Assembly: GCF_006345805.1 (NCBI RefSeq)
Contig: NC_043015.1
Span: forward strand, 21,514,001 to 21,578,000
DNA from: Octopus sinensis
Lineage: Eukaryota
DNA: 64,000 nucleotides
Direction: 5' to 3'
Of the stretch, positions 39,754-55,185 are shown in pieces. The position numbers and the translations under genes were made by a program. Every line of letters begins with the position of its first letter. Positions within the stretch are counted from its first letter, which is position 1. The notes under the pieces were generated by a model. The model saw only the letters and a program-made list of their open reading frames with translations, was not told the DNA's origin and did no database searches.

Positions 39754-40869
39754 TATATATATATTGTGTGTGTGTGTGTTGTGTGTGTGTGTGTGTGTAT
39801 GTATGTATATATATATATCTCGTAAGCATTGATAATCTTTGTCGCTATTCAGCAATTAATAAACTATTGCATTTTCTTCTACTCCAAACACATCAGATAT
39901 ACGCTATACATATTCTATTAAATGTGTCTAACGCACACATTTTGGAGGAATTAAAGTTTCGCTGACTGAAACCTCTCATTGCTGAAATTTGAAGAGTTAT
40001 TTGTAAAACTTAGCAGACATAGATATGCGTCACAACGAAACTAAAGAGCATGCCATAGACTCCTCAACGTTTCGTTTTCCACCGAGAGAAAGCACTTAAG
40101 CTAACGTTATTACAGTATTGACTCCTTTTTCATTCTGTTTGTTATGTTTGTCACCACTCGTACGCATACACATCTGTTTCTAATTAATTATATTTTTTTG
40201 CTTGTAATATCATATATAATATTAAAAGGAAAAAAAAAAACCAACATTTTAACCTCACACTACTTGAACAAACTTTAAACAATTTCAACAAACTTTATAA
40301 TTGCTATATTTCATATTTCCGGTCTCTTTAACAGCGTTAGAGGCAGCAAAACCGTAACTGCGGAGTTATTGCAGAATAAATTTGAAAATGTCTGCTACGA
40401 AAGAAAATTGTATTTTAATTGACAAATGGTGGGCATTGAGTAAACATATTTATCAATATGAACTTAATGAAATTAAAATACACATTTGATCAGGAATATT
40501 TAAAAATTATTCACTAGAGCAACGATCCATTAAAGTTTTACTTAAAAGTAACAAATCATAGAAATTTATTAAATGAATTCTGAAATTATCAAATATTTAG
40601 TAGCTAGATTAATAAAATAATACTATGATATAATGAAATAAACTATACTAGATTAATGAATTCATCTAGAATCCATTGAAAATTAATTAATAGCTGTGTT
40701 ATCTGTGTCGAAATAATTAAGAAGTAATGACAATCTAATAGGATTATTACATACAGAAGGTTGCACGAAAAATTGGCCGAGTTGCTATCCAAATTTTGTA
40801 GAAGGAATTGGAAATTGGTGTTCCTTGGTCATCATTGATTTGCGACGTTAGTGTTCGTGTGAAAACCAC

Positions 40870-43800
40870 AGGGTTCGTTATAAATTTCTCTCACATGTAA
40901 ATTTCTCCCCATCTTGTTTGTTGTTAAGTATGCTTAAATTAGGTTGTGTGAATGCGCGTGGCTTGGCATCGGCTTGGAAGCAAGGTTACCTTCTAAACGA
41001 CATCAAGTCACTGAACGTGGATATAGTAGCTATCAGTGAAACCAGACTCAGTAAGCCGCGGGCCCTCGAGTCCATGTTTGGCAATCAATTTGACATTTAT
41101 TTTTCTCCCTGTCTGCCGAACATGGGTGGTGGAGGTACCGCGGTGCTTTTTCGAAAGAGTCTAAATGTAAAAGTTAGAGCAATATTCCTAGACCCGGAGG
41201 GTAGGCTGGTTGTCTTGGACGTGGATGGCAGAAATGGGTGTGCATTCCGTCTGATGGCAGTTTATGCACCGTCCTTAACGGGTCGGGCGGATTTCTTCAG
41301 ACGTCTAGAGGTTTTCCTGGGTACGTCTAGACCTTTACTGTTAGTAGGGGATTGGAACGCTACATTGGACACGCATCTAGAAGGGATCGAAATAGAAGGG
41401 GTGTAAGAGCCTCAAAGACCTGCTCAGACGTTTCCATTTGTCTAACAGGTTCCGACTCGACCATCCGAACGTGCCAACGTGGACTTGGACAAACCGCGCC
41501 GGATCGTCGAGATCTTATCTAGATAGAATTCTATGCAGGTCAGCGGATAGGGATAGTGTAGGATGTCCACAATTTAAAATAGTCAGCTACACAGATCACA
41601 AATTTGTTACGTGTACGCTCGACTTAGATAAAACACATAGGCAGGGTCCCGGTTACTGGAAACTGAACACGTTGCTGTTAGGGCGACAGGTTTAGAGGAA
41701 CCGGATTAGTGAGTTAATTAAGAGGGCGCTGACGGGAGCCATCGTTAACAACCGCTGGTGGTAAGCCCTGAAAATGGCAATAAAATCAGAATCAATTAGG
41801 TTTAGCAAGGAATTAGCGATAGAACGAAATAGAGTAGAGGGAGACTTGGTTAAGAAACTAGAAGAGGCACTTACCACTGGCAGCGCAACCAACGTGCTGG
41901 CTGCGAGGATGGCCCTCGACCAACACCTCAACGCCAAGCACGAAGGTTGCGTCGTCAGAGCTAAAATGCGTGCCTTAAGGAAGGAAGGGATCGAAGCTGC
42001 GCGAGCGGCCCGGGTAGCGGAGGCGCAGCGTGGCAACAGAGCCACCATACGGTCTCTAATAGATCAACAGGGATGCAGTTTACTCGAACCCGAAAGGATG
42101 TGTGAGGCTTTTCAACAGCACTTTGCTCGACTGTTTGGTTCGAGTGGTGGGTCGGAACGCAGGATGGATTTCAGTGTCTACCTGACCGACCTGCCGCGGC
42201 TCTCGGCAAGAGAAGCGGAGTGTTGTGAAAGTCCCATCACAGCCGCTGACGTGCGGGATGCGATGGCGGGCTGCGCGAGGGATAAGTCGCCTGGATTGGA
42301 TGGTTTACCCTACGAGCTGTATTGTCAAATGCCAGACTTGTTTGGCGACCTCTTGGCATCAGTCTACTGCAACTGGCAACAAAACGGGAGAATCCCCGGT
42401 TTCGTGAGCCGAGGTGCAGTGACGTTGCTGAAGAAAGACCCAAACAAGGGGAATTTTATAGATAATTTCAGGCCCATCATTCTGCTCAACGCAGATTTGA
42501 AAATTTTGGCCAAAGTAATAGCCGAGAGGTTGGCGCTTGTCATTGGTAAACTGGTCGACAGGGCGCAAACATGCGCCGTGCCGGGCAGAACCATACATGA
42601 CAACCTCCATCTGATGCGCTACATTATGGATAGGGTAGTTAAGGATCCTGGAATGGGTGGGGCGCTGATAAATTTGGATCAGTCTAAAGCCTTCGATAGG
42701 GTCGACCGTCGGTACTTGGTGGCCGTCCTCAGGGCGGCTGGCTTCGGTCCCGTCTTCCGCGGTTGGATCGCGGCATCCGATCGGTGATTCAGGTGAACGG
42801 TCACCTGTCGAAACCGTTTAACATCACGCGTTCGGTCCGTCAGGGGTGTCCCCTGTCGGCGCTTCTGTATGTATTGACTCTCGAGCCGCTACTGCGGAAG
42901 CTGGCGACACTGAGGGGCATCCCACGGGAACTGGGTTGCGGGACGAGCGTGTCGGCATATGCGGACGATGTCACCGTCATAGTGTCGAGCGACAAACACA
43001 TCCAGATGATAGGCGAGACACTAAGAAAATACGAAGCGGTGACGGCAGCAAAGATTAACCCGGAAAAGTCAGTGGGTTTGCTACTCGGCACCTGGAGAAG
43101 CAAGCCCATGCCGTCCGACTGCGGCTCAGTAGTGGGACGCTGGACGGACGGACCGGTTAAATTGCTCGGGGTCTGGTTCAGTCCGGACCTCCAAATGGAT
43201 AAGAACTGGGACGAGACCACTAGTAGAGTGGTCGCTCTCAGCCAAACATAGGCCGAGAGAAAGCTGTCTCTAAAAGGCCGGGCGGAAGTGGCGAACGCGT
43301 ACATCGCATCCGTCAACGATTACCGCCTGACCGTCGTACCTTGTCCCGACGCCAACATCACCAAACTGGAACGCATACTCTTCCGCTTACTGTGGAAGGG
43401 TGGCGTTCAGATGGTGAGGAAGTCCATTTGCTGTCAAAATCCGTTGAATGGAGGACTGGACATGCCGTGGTTGATGATGCGCAGGCATGCGCTGAGACTG
43501 CGACATCTCTGGAACTTCATCGACGACGGTGAACAGGTGTGGGCGCCGTTTGTGAGGCGCGACTTCCCGCAGCTCGTCTCACTGACCGAACTGCAAACGT
43601 GGATCAAAAAGGGACCGAAACTGGGCGATTGGCACCGAGAGTGTCGTCAAGCTCTACAGCAGCTCTGCCGACCGGGGTCAAACTTGTGCAACTTACAAAC
43701 GACTAAAGCGTTCTATAGAGGACTAGTGGAGGGGAGGTCCGACGACACACTCGGGGCAAACCTGGGCGTCGACGAGAAATTCCTAACCCGCCTGTTCAGG

Positions 43801-44635
43801 ACGACGTTCGGGCCGGGGCCTATGGATAACTTCCAGAAATCCCTGGCTTGGCAGTGCTATCGAGACGCACTACCTGTTCGAGAGAAGAGTTACAGAAACA
43901 GTTCGAAAACCATCACCGGACCGACTTGCCCGAGATGCGGTCAGAGCGACGAAATCGTTCTTCACGCACTCGTGCAGTGTCCAGATATTTCAGAGCTGTG
44001 GTCCTTCGTCGAACAGCTGTTGTCATGTGTAGGTCGGGCTCGCCTATCGGCCGAGTCTATTGTGGATATTGTTCCACCACCTTCCTTTAAACGGGAAGGG
44101 AAAACGGTTTTCGTTACGCTGATGGCTATGGCGAAAGAATGTGTGTGGTGGACGCGTTTGAAAGGACTGCAAACAAAGATCTTCCTCTCTGGTCAGTCTC
44201 TCGTCAACTTTTTCAAGTACTACTTGAAAAGGAGGATGAGAATAGAGAGGAAGGCTTTGTCGAATGAATGTTTTAATAAAAAGTGGGTAAAAGTGGCAAA
44301 AATGGTCAGTATGAAAGACAACACTATTTTAAGCATAAATCTGTAACCAAAAGAGACAACGAGAAGTAAGGCGACTTACTCATGTGTTCCTTTTCGAACT
44401 GTCTGAGGTGACCTTGGTCTTTTTTGTAGGTTTTTCTTTCCAAGGCTACACCTAAACTGTGAACCTTATATATATATATATATTACTTTTTTATACACCA
44501 CTCAACCCACAGATCCCTTTTGATCAAAGGTTTTTTTTTTTGTGCCCCACCCATCCCACCTCGAAAAGAAAAAATTCTACATTGTATTTCGTCCATTTTA
44601 TTCTGTGTTTAGCCCTGTGTGGCTACAATAAAAAA
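40870..44635 (+). mobile_element. Tx1/L1-clade non-LTR retrotransposon ORF2 (APE endonuclease + RT + C-terminal Cys motif), disrupted
   Basis: Shows VNARGL..ISET, GDWNA, SYLDRI..TDHK, SPGLDGLP, DQSKAFD, QGCPLS, YADD and CPRC..HALVQC. AATAAA at ~44627 precedes (TATC)n. The 5' edge is approximate. Confidence 0.92.
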
Positions 44636-45068
<433 letters not shown>

Positions 45069-45069
45069 G

Positions 45070-45530
45070 AACATACTGATCAATGGTATGAACACATACC
45101 TAGTAACGTACTAGAAAGGAAGAAATACATGATGTGGTGTGACTTTAACATTCAGACCGACAGAGTAATAGAAGCTAGAACGCCTGATTTGGTAGTAGTA
45201 GACAAAAATATTAGAAAGTGCCAGATAATTAACTTTACAGTCCCAAATGATGAAAAAATTAATATTAGAGGTATAGAAAAGTTAGCAAAGCACCAGGACC
45301 TAGACATTGAATTTGAGAGACTATGAAACTCGCGAGTAAAATGTATCCCAGTAATTATAGGCGCATTGGGAACTATTCCTAAAGATCTGAACAGATGGAC
45401 AGAGAAAATAGGCATAAAACCAAATTTAGTACAGCTCCAGAAAACAGTGTTATTAGGGACAACGAAGATACTTAGGAGGGTTCTTCGCATTTAAGGTTTT
45501 TTGTTGTAGCCCGACAGGAGGGTTCTTGGC
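45070..45530 (+). mobile_element. R4/Dong-like 3' remnant
   Basis: WYEHIP..WCDFNIQTDRVIEARTPDLV..IPVIIGALG..LGTTKILRR. Confidence 0.75.
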
Positions 45531-45613
45531 ATCTGAGGCTACGTGTTGTAGTCCGATGTTAGAAATTTTTCTTTTCCAAAACTCTATTCTGTCGAGTGTA
45601 TATAAAAATGGTA

Positions 45614-45681
<68 letters not shown>

Positions 45682-45683
<2 letters not shown>

Positions 45684-46780
45684 TTTTCTTTATTGGCAAC
45701 GGGGTCCCAAGACATGGAGGCTAATATCGAAGGACAAGTTACAGCACAAAAAGAAAATTACAAAAACATTTGAGGTTAACATCAATCAAAGAGATATACT
45801 ACCACATTAAAGGATATAACAGACAACGTGTCATAGAAAGTAGGGAAATGACTAATAAATAAAGACCATCCCCAATACCGGAGCAGTCCACTTAGTATAA
45901 TACGGGGTAAAATGCACACAAATATCCCGGATTACTTTACCATCTCAAAGGGCTGGGAAAGTGTCCTCTTCCATTTTAGTTCCTCCTGCTTCGAAAAGCA
46001 GTAGAGCCGCCAGTCAATCTTACCAGTCTTGCCACTTTTGAACGTCTTTTGATAAACACCCTAGAAGACTGCACTTCTTTTTCTGTCCCCATCTGCCTCT
46101 TCAAATGACACTTGAAGAACTTAATGAAATCTTGACCAGAGAGGAATGTGCCTGCCTTCAAACCGTTCAGACAGGTCCCCCACGCAGTCTCTTTTGGACA
46201 CAGTCACTAATCAGAGAAAGATCTGCTTTCCTTCTCTGCAAAGGGAAGGTGGTGCGTCGATCTTCACTATACACTCGGTAGACAGTTGAACTCGTCTTAC
46301 ACGTGAGGACACAATCCCGCACAATCCTACAACTCTCCAATGCAGGGACACTGTAATATTGCATGCAGGACAGTTTCGTTCCCCGGCAAGCATCTCGGGC
46401 CTGAAGATCATGCCTCGAACAGGCAATAACCCTCTGTAGCACTGCCAAACCAAAGACATTTTTTGGAAACTGTCCATGATCTTCGACCCGAAGTTCCTCT
46501 GGAAGAGACAACTCACACTGTTCTCGTCGATGCCTAGATTCAATCCTAGGGCATCATCACTCATACTTTCAACTAGCCCCTTATAGAATTCTTGGGTTGT
46601 TTAGCCGCTAACGGTTTTGGGCAGCTGGAGCAACGTAGTGAGCACTTGGCAATATTTTAGATGACAAACGCCCAACCTTGGTCTACGTTTGACCGATGAC
46701 TGCAGCTCTGTCAATGAGATGAGATGCGAAAAGACGTGTCGCACGAAAAATGCCCACACCATTTCCCCCTTATTTTCGTC
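45682..46780 (-). mobile_element. Degenerate 3' remnant of a Tx1/L1-clade LINE related to 40870-44635
   Basis: DDALGLNLGIDE..LVWQCYRGLLPVR..CPAC; AATAAA then (ATT)n at the 3' end. Confidence 0.8.
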
Positions 46781-47526
46781 GCCTTGAACGTCGTTATCGC
46801 AATGATGTAGATATTTCTGTAGGTGCGACGACGACGATGACGACAACAACAACAACCCCAACAAGAATAAATATACATATGTATAAAATGAATTATATTA
46901 ACGAGGTATATGTAATAGTACTCACATCAAAACATTGATATATATTTTAACTTTTATGAAAATATTCCCAAAATAATCGACAAGCTCATATGAATAGAGA
47001 TATATTTATCCAGACTATTTTTATGCTACGAATATATTTATATGTATGACTGTTAACACGCACACAGACAAAGACACACACTCAGACACACATACACACA
47101 CACACATGTATTTTTACGTGACTTTGTGTCTGTGCTGCAGTGATGTTGTTCTGTATTAACCTTATATGCTTGGTTAACACAAAATGTATGTACTAATATG
47201 TCATTCGATTTTTTTTGTGCAGTATGTTTGGCTTGTTTTGATTTCATATTTAAACGTGACCATTGATATTCCCGACTATTTTCAGATACCATGCATATAT
47301 AATGCACGATCTACATAAAAAAAACAAACATTACATTCACACATTTGTGAATATATTTACATAAATATATATAAAATATATAAATACGTATATTTGTTTA
47401 TACACACACATATACACACGTGCACACGCATACACAAACATTTGTAATTACTGTTTTGTTATTTGTACAACCTAAAAGCTATTGCTTTTGTTTGATACGT
47501 TACTATAATAATATTTCTCTATCGTT

Positions 47527-47732
47527 AGGCGACGAGCTGGCAGAAACGTTAGCACACCGGGCGAAATGCTTAACGGTGTTTCGTTTGTCTTTACTACGTT
47601 CAAATTCTGCCATGGTCGACTTCGCCATTCATCCTTTCGGGGTGTTAAGTACCAGTTGCGTACTGGGTTGTCGATCTAATCGACTGCCCCCTCCCCCAAA
47701 ATTTCGGGCCTTGTGCCTAGTGTGGAAAAGTA
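47527..47732 (+). mobile_element. SINE family A
   Basis: GGCGACGAGCTGGCAGAAACGTTAGC..core..CTAGTGTGGAAAAG. Confidence 0.85.
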
Positions 47733-48239
47733 TACTTTACTATAGTTGTATGTAAAAAAATTATACAGCTTAACATTTTCATATAGTATTAGAAGAGCCA
47801 TCCTCATATATCTCTATCTATTCATCTATGTGCGTATCTTTTAGCTATCTATCTATCCAATATGTCTATCTATCTGTCTGTCTGTCAGTCTCTATCTATC
47901 TATCTAAATGATTGTATGTATAAGTGTGTGTTCATTGGTGCTTATAAGCTTATATACGTATATGTGGGCAGTTATGATTGTTGTATGTATATATATATAT
48001 ATATGTGTGTGTGTGGTTTACTAGAAATTAAAAAAACAAAATACTATTTTTAGTCCAAAAGAATGTATACTCCACGTAGTACCGGCTGCATTGGGACATA
48101 GGAATAATCTTTATGGTAAATGAGTTTAGCGCAAGACCATTTAGTTCTTCTTAGATCCTCCGGGAAAATGAATGTTTCTTCAATTCAACACGTCAGACTG
48201 CGCAGTTATTTTTCATCTCAGTCAATATAGGCCTAAAGT

Positions 48240-48448
48240 ATTATTTCCTACCCTAGGCGTAAGACCTGATTTTGTGGGGAGGGGACCAATCGTTTACATC
48301 GACCCCAGCACGCAACTGGTACTTAATTTATCGACCCCGAAAGGATGAAATGCAAAGTCGGCCTCGGCGGAATTTGAACTCAGAACCGAAAGACAGACGA
48401 AATATCTCTAAGCATTTCGCCCGGCGTGCTAACGTTTCTGTCGGCTTG
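48240..48448 (-). mobile_element. SINE family A
   Basis: Near copy of 184-393. Confidence 0.85.
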
Positions 48449-48919
48449 CTGTCTTCATCGGCTAAAAGTATTGAAGTTGTTTGCTGTTCTGTGTGATGAC
48501 TGAGTGCGGTCCTGTCCTTCTTTATCTCTCTCTTCCTCTCTCTGTCTCTCTATCTCTCTCTTTCTCTCTCTGTCTCTCTCTCTCTCGATATATATATATA
48601 TATCTATATACGGAGCTTTACTGAAAATTTCCTGGCTTCGGCTAAAAGAAAATACAGATTAATTATGATTTTATTCAACATATTCCCCTTCCAGATTCAC
48701 ACGCTGTAAAAGAACTCGGAAGGCTGCGCCTCCAGACAAACTTTTCATGATACTCTTAAACCCATGTACTCTTCAGTACCCCCACTTGTATATTCGTATA
48801 TATATATATATATACACCACACACATATACTCTTTTATTTTCCTGTTATTGTTTACACCCAGAGGTTGTGACTATGCTGGAGGAACCATTATGATCATTA
48901 ATGATTTCTATTTATATTT

Positions 48920-49345
48920 CAGAGGTTCTTCCCGGCCCCATTCCCAAATCTCTCACAGTGAAGTAGTTAGATGAACAGAGCTGAACAGATGTGGGTTCAT
49001 CTGGGGTATCGAATAAAAAAAATGTTGTAATTGTTGTTTGAGCACATCTATATCTACTCCTCCTAGATCTTTGAAGCGTTTTGGCAAGCTATTTAGAAAT
49101 TGTGAGCATTTCAACTTGAAAGTGTCACAATATTGTGTTCTTTCTCGGGACAGAGAGGGCGGGATCATTAATATTGCGCAATGATGTCCAATTCGAGGAT
49201 TGGCGTAGACTTCAGTTTCAAAGTTAGGTATAAGATCTTTCATGATCGTTTTCCATATATACATCACTGCGCATTTTTCGATTTTCCTCTTCAAAGAGAA
49301 TTGTCTCAGTTCTTTTAGCCTCTCACATTGTCTCATCTGTTAAAA
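48920..49345 (-). mobile_element. CR1-group LINE 3' remnant
   Basis: ERLKELRQFSLKRK..YIWK..NSLPKRFKDL; homologous to 54255-54955. Confidence 0.7.
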
Positions 49346-49444
49346 CAAGGTAATCGTCGTGATTTAGAGAGACTGTTCTGCCTGCCGTTCTGCTACGCAT
49401 ATGTATATGTATGCATTTGTAGGTATGTATAAGCATGTATATGA

Positions 49445-49477
<33 letters not shown>

Positions 49478-49797
49478 TATACGTGTGTCTATGAATCTAT
49501 GCATGTGTATTTCTACATATCATACATAAATATATGACTATCTCTCTCTGTATATTTATGCATGTATGAGTATATATGTATATATACACACAGACACATA
49601 TATAAATAAAGATATATGAATATGTATACATACATGCATAAACGCATTCCGGTGCACAGGCACACATACACGCATATATATTTATGCATATGTATATATA
49701 CATATATGTATATAATATATATATATATGTGTATATATATATGTATATATACGTGTGTGTATGTGTGTATATAGATATAAATAAATATAAATATATG

Positions 49798-49865
<68 letters not shown>

Positions 49866-50869
49866 CATATATATGCACCCCACCACAGACACATACACAC
49901 GCATGTATATAGCAGCGAATACTCTTTTGGAAATCGTGGAGACAAATTTTATTGATGTATTGTTCCGCATCTAATATAGCATGTTTGGAATGTATGACCA
50001 AAACAGTAAACTCGATTCGAGGAACTGGTAGAAGCAAAATGACAAAATTTCAAAAGTCATTTTACTGAATCACGTTTTTGGTTATTTCTGCATCTAGAGA
50101 TAAGCTTTGCTTCTTCTCTTTCATACATTACCATTTTCTCTTTCTTTCATACTTTCTCTCTTTCTTGGATTCACGTTATTTATTTATTTTGCTCTCTTAT
50201 AAATTCCTCTTTTCTCTTGTTATATGAGAGCGTTCATTCAACAAGTTTCTTACCGCCTCTTATCCCCTATAGCTGTTATAGTTGAAGGTAACATAACAGA
50301 ATACCAAAAGCCTAGAGAAAGAATCACGAAATCGTGCGTTCGATCCTTTAGTCTTATAACGGTGTAAACTAAAAGAGAAAGGAAAAAATGAAAGAAATAA
50401 GGAAGAGAGAAAATAATTCTTTTAAGAAAGAATGTCACAAAAATTTCGATATACAAATGTATGTTATATATATGTATGTATGTATGCATTTATGTATGTT
50501 TGTACGTATGTAAATTAATGTATCTCTCTCTTCCTCTCTCTCTCTATATATATAGATATATAAATAGATATACATACATAAATATATATACATACATATA
50601 TGTATATAATACACTCATATATATACATACATATATCTATATCTATATCTATCTATCTATCTATATATCTATATATATATATACATATATCTATATATGT
50701 ATGTATATACAAATATATATATACATACATATATATATAATACAGATATGTATATATATATATATGTATATACGTATATATACATATGTATATATACATA
50801 ATATATACATATATATATACTGACATATATATATACTGACATATATATATATGTATATATGTATATATA

Positions 50870-50901
<32 letters not shown>

Positions 50902-51066
50902 GTGGGTGTGTGTGTGTGTGTATGTATATGTGTGTGTTTGTATGTGTGTCTAATATATAATGAGATAAAATGCATATACGTGCATGAATATATGCATACT
51001 TTTGTTAATATAATGTATATTGATAAATATATGTATATACACATTTTACTGATTGTATATATATTA

Positions 51067-51109
<43 letters not shown>

Positions 51110-51528
51110 ATTATATGAATCAAGACTTGCGTATGTAAATATGATTCGGTGTAGATTAAAAACCTTGTATAGACCCGGTTTTGAAAATAATGTCATTCAT
51201 GTTGGATGACTGGAGCTGCGATATATCTTTAAGCTAGTTGCTGTAGAATGACGAAGTAAATAAAATTCTATAAAATAATGTAAGATAAGGAAAATACATT
51301 GCCATTATACTAGTTTTATAATCGGGCAGGTTTATTTTTTTCTAATAGAAATTCCTTGAACAGAAAAGAAAGAACAATATAGTAAAAGCCTTCGTTCAAT
51401 GTCTCTATGCATAAAATTGCAAGCTTCCCATGCTTGATTGTCTGAGTGTATGCTTTCTGTGTTGGGGCTTGTGTGAAGGACGTGTGTAGGTTTGCGTGTG
51501 TTTGTGTGGGATGGGAGAATTTTCACGC

Positions 51529-51571
<43 letters not shown>

Positions 51572-51717
51572 CATAAATACATACATACATACATACATAC
51601 ATACATACATACATACATGCATACATACGTATGTGTTTGTATGAATAAGCATATGAATGCATATGTATTTCTGCCATATGACAGCGGGTAGATACGTTAA
51701 TATTCATATATATATGC

Positions 51718-51818
<101 letters not shown>

Positions 51819-51974
51819 CATCTATCTATATGTATATATCTATATATATACTGTAAATATGCCTGTGTTTGCAAATTTGGACACCCACGTACGCCCCCAT
51901 AAGTTTATGCATATATACATATATAAATATATTTACACATAAGATTATATATGTAATATGTGTGTGAGTGTGTG

Positions 51975-51996
51975 TTTATGTTGTTTGGATTAACTT

Positions 51997-52028
<32 letters not shown>

Positions 52029-52160
52029 ATATATATAATATATATATATATACATACATTTATACATATACTATATATATATTATATATATATATATATT
52101 ATATATATATATATATATATATCTATATATATATGTATATGTATAAATGTATGTATATAT

Positions 52161-52220
<60 letters not shown>

Positions 52221-52295
52221 TAATCCAAACAAGAAAACACAAAAAACACAACAACGGAGGACGTGAAACAAATTTAGTATTATTGGACATTGTTA
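51975..52295. mobile_element. Two tail-to-tail 3' ends of the 61775-61997 repeat family around a (TA)n tract
   Basis: TGTTTGGATTAACTTTATA on the left and TATAAAGTTAATCCAAACA..GGACGTGAAACAAAT on the right. Confidence 0.65.
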
Positions 52296-52539
52296 ATATA
52301 TTTGATGTTATTATAACGGATATATAAAGTATAAGGTTTTATACAAACTCATGAGGATTTTAAACCACTTAATGGATTGGTAAAATAGTCATCGATTGTG
52401 GTAACCATCTGATGACCTAATGCTGCTAAGTAAAGAAGACCCAGAAGATGACTAAACAATAAGATGACAGAAAACATAAGAAAAATTCCGTGAAGTAGGA
52501 GCAGATATATTTTAATTGTTTCAGCCAATAGTTTGCCTA

Positions 52540-52792
52540 ACATCTACGTTGCTGTGACGTAATTACACCACCACCGGTTGTCGAGTTGTGATTGCGTACA
52601 AACATTGACAAAAAGACACACACGTATATGACAGATCTCTTTCGGTTTCCTCTACCAAAGCAACTAACTAATCGATCTGAGGTTATGGGGTTGTAGTAGA
52701 AAAACACAAAAGGAATGTGCCATGTAGTGGGACTGATCCCCGAACCACGTGGTTGGGAGGCAACATTGTCCCCACGCAGCCATAACTGCCTC
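52540..52792 (-). mobile_element. SINE family B, degenerate
   Basis: TTTCGGTTTCCTCTACCAAA..GTGGGACTGATCCCCGAACC. Confidence 0.6.
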
Positions 52793-53084
52793 TCAATAAA
52801 TAAATAAATAAACAAATAAAAATAAAATTATGCAAGTTATAGTTTCACGAAGATTTTCCAGCGGTAAACTCTAATCTCAAATCTTTGAACCCTTACATCC
52901 ACAATAACCACTCAATCATGAACGGACGCATAAGAATAAAGAACGGAAATACAAGAACTGAACGTAACAATTATGAATACAAGAACTGAACGTAACAATT
53001 ATGAATCTTAAAAAAGATACCTTTCAATCTCAGATGAATTGCAGGGAAATTTTCTTGATATCCCAGCTTGAAGTTTACTTAATG

Positions 53085-53299
53085 GTTTGCTGTGTAATGT
53101 GGTACTAAAGACGTTATTGTATTATTACATTATTACCTGTATTATTACCTGTACTGCAGAAATATTTTCTCTACAGATATCTGGTATCTTCAAATTATAC
53201 ACATACCGCCTTCAAATTTTGCTCTTACCTGTCTTTCATTTAGTAACTTTCAGAACACACACACATTAGTGTGTGAGTATATATATATATATATATATA

Positions 53300-53344
<45 letters not shown>

Positions 53345-53529
53345 GTGTAATGTGGTACTAAAGACGTTATTGTATTATTACATTATTACCTGTATTATTA
53401 CCTGTACTGCAGAAATATTTTCTCTACAGATATCTGGTATCTTCAAATTATACACATACCGCCTTCAAATTTTGCTCTTACCTGTCTTTCATTTAGTAAC
53501 TTTCAGAACACACACACATTAGTGTGTGA

Positions 53530-53570
<41 letters not shown>
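53085..53570 (+). repeat. Tandem duplication with 253-bp period (about 200 bp unique sequence plus TA/TG repeats)
   Basis: Units start at 53085 and 53338, and the unique parts appear identical. Confidence 0.9.
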
Positions 53571-53623
<53 letters not shown>

Positions 53624-54254
53624 GTTTGAATTCTTATATTACATGCGATTTGACTCCTGCTTCATTGATGAATAAATCTATATCCAAGGATTACTTACAA
53701 CTCCATAATGAAAGACTTAGAGCGTATGTAATGAAGAATTAATAGCCTTGAGTCAATTCATGATAGTCTGATAATTATATAGTTTCTGTAGAATGTAGTC
53801 TGTCTTAATAAAGGTGAGGAAATTTAAATATGATTGCTGGTAGACCTATTAGCTGGCTTGTCAATATCATTTCATAACAAAGCCGTTGGTATCTACAATC
53901 TGGGAGCAATGTTGTCGAAAGACCATCCCTTAACAGTTCTATTATACTGGATCTGATGGCAAATCAAAATCACAACGAAAAATATAACTTAATCGATATT
54001 TTATAATATAAGATTATATATGTAGTCCGAGGCCCCAGTAGATAGAAATATCCGAGTAAGAGAGAGAGAAAGAGAGAGAGAGGGGGGAGAAAGACAGTGA
54101 GAAAGATAGGAAGGAAAGAAAGAAAGAGAGAGAGGGAATGAAAAATCGGTGGATAATGTTACATTTTGTGTACCTGTGTGTCACACAGAAATAAATATTA
54201 ATATCTACTTACACATATTACAAATATTAATATCTACTTACAAACTAAACTAAA

Positions 54255-54955
54255 TGCAATACCCAATGAATACACTGGACATGGAGGGATTGCAATCCCA
54301 GAGGCACAATCAGTGCGTGACCTAGGTATTTACATGAGTGATGACGCAACCTCTCATGTACATGTTGCTAAATTGGCAATGAAATGTAGACGGCTGGCCG
54401 GATGGATTCTTAGAACCTTTAGAACAAGAGACCAAGAAACCATGATGGTCCTCTGGAGGACACTTGTCCTACGCCACTTTGACTATTGCTCTCAGCTATG
54501 GTCACCATCCAGTGTCAAGTTGATGACAGAACTTGAGGCGATCCAACGAAGCTACACGAAGATAGCCTCTGTGCAGCATATAAGCTACTGGGAAAGACTC
54601 AAGAGATTAAAACTCTATTCATTGGAGCGTAGGCGAGAAAGATATGCCATAATATACATCTGGAAGATCCTAGAAGGACTTGTCCCAAACTTTGGCATCG
54701 AGAGTTACACAAATGCCAGAACTGGTCGCTACTGCGTGGTGCCAAGGACTCCAAATTTGCCATCAAGATGTAGGACAAGATCCTGTGATAGCCTGGGATT
54801 CGGAAGCCCACATCTCTTCAATATCCTCCCTAAGAACCTGAGGGACCTGCATGGGGTGGATGCGGATGTCTTTAAAGTAGGACTGGATCTTTTCCTGTCA
54901 GGTGTCCCGGATGAACCAACTTCACGGCAGGAGGTGCAGATGAGGGAAGCTCTTA
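54255..54955 (+). mobile_element. CR1-group LINE 3' part (RT C-terminus)
   Basis: VRDLGI..FDYCSQLWSP..LEAIQR..YWERLKRLKLYSLERRRER. Confidence 0.85.
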
Positions 54956-55185
54956 AAAAGTTTTGCTAGCTGCAAAAGCTTGCTACTGTATTTCTCTTAA
55001 AAACACACGTAGATACAAAAAGACGCATACATACATACATGGATATACACATACGTACGCATATACACATTTACATACGTACATACAGGCTTGCACATAC
55101 AAATATACATGCATATAATGTACTTATATACACACATACACACACATACACATACATATATACATACATGCATACATACATAATA

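Noticed and set aside
52948-53006. 28-bp direct repeat that might suggest CRISPR
   Set aside because: Only two adjacent units, no spacers, no cas genes, eukaryotic context; a simple tandem duplication (similar case near 54190-54243).
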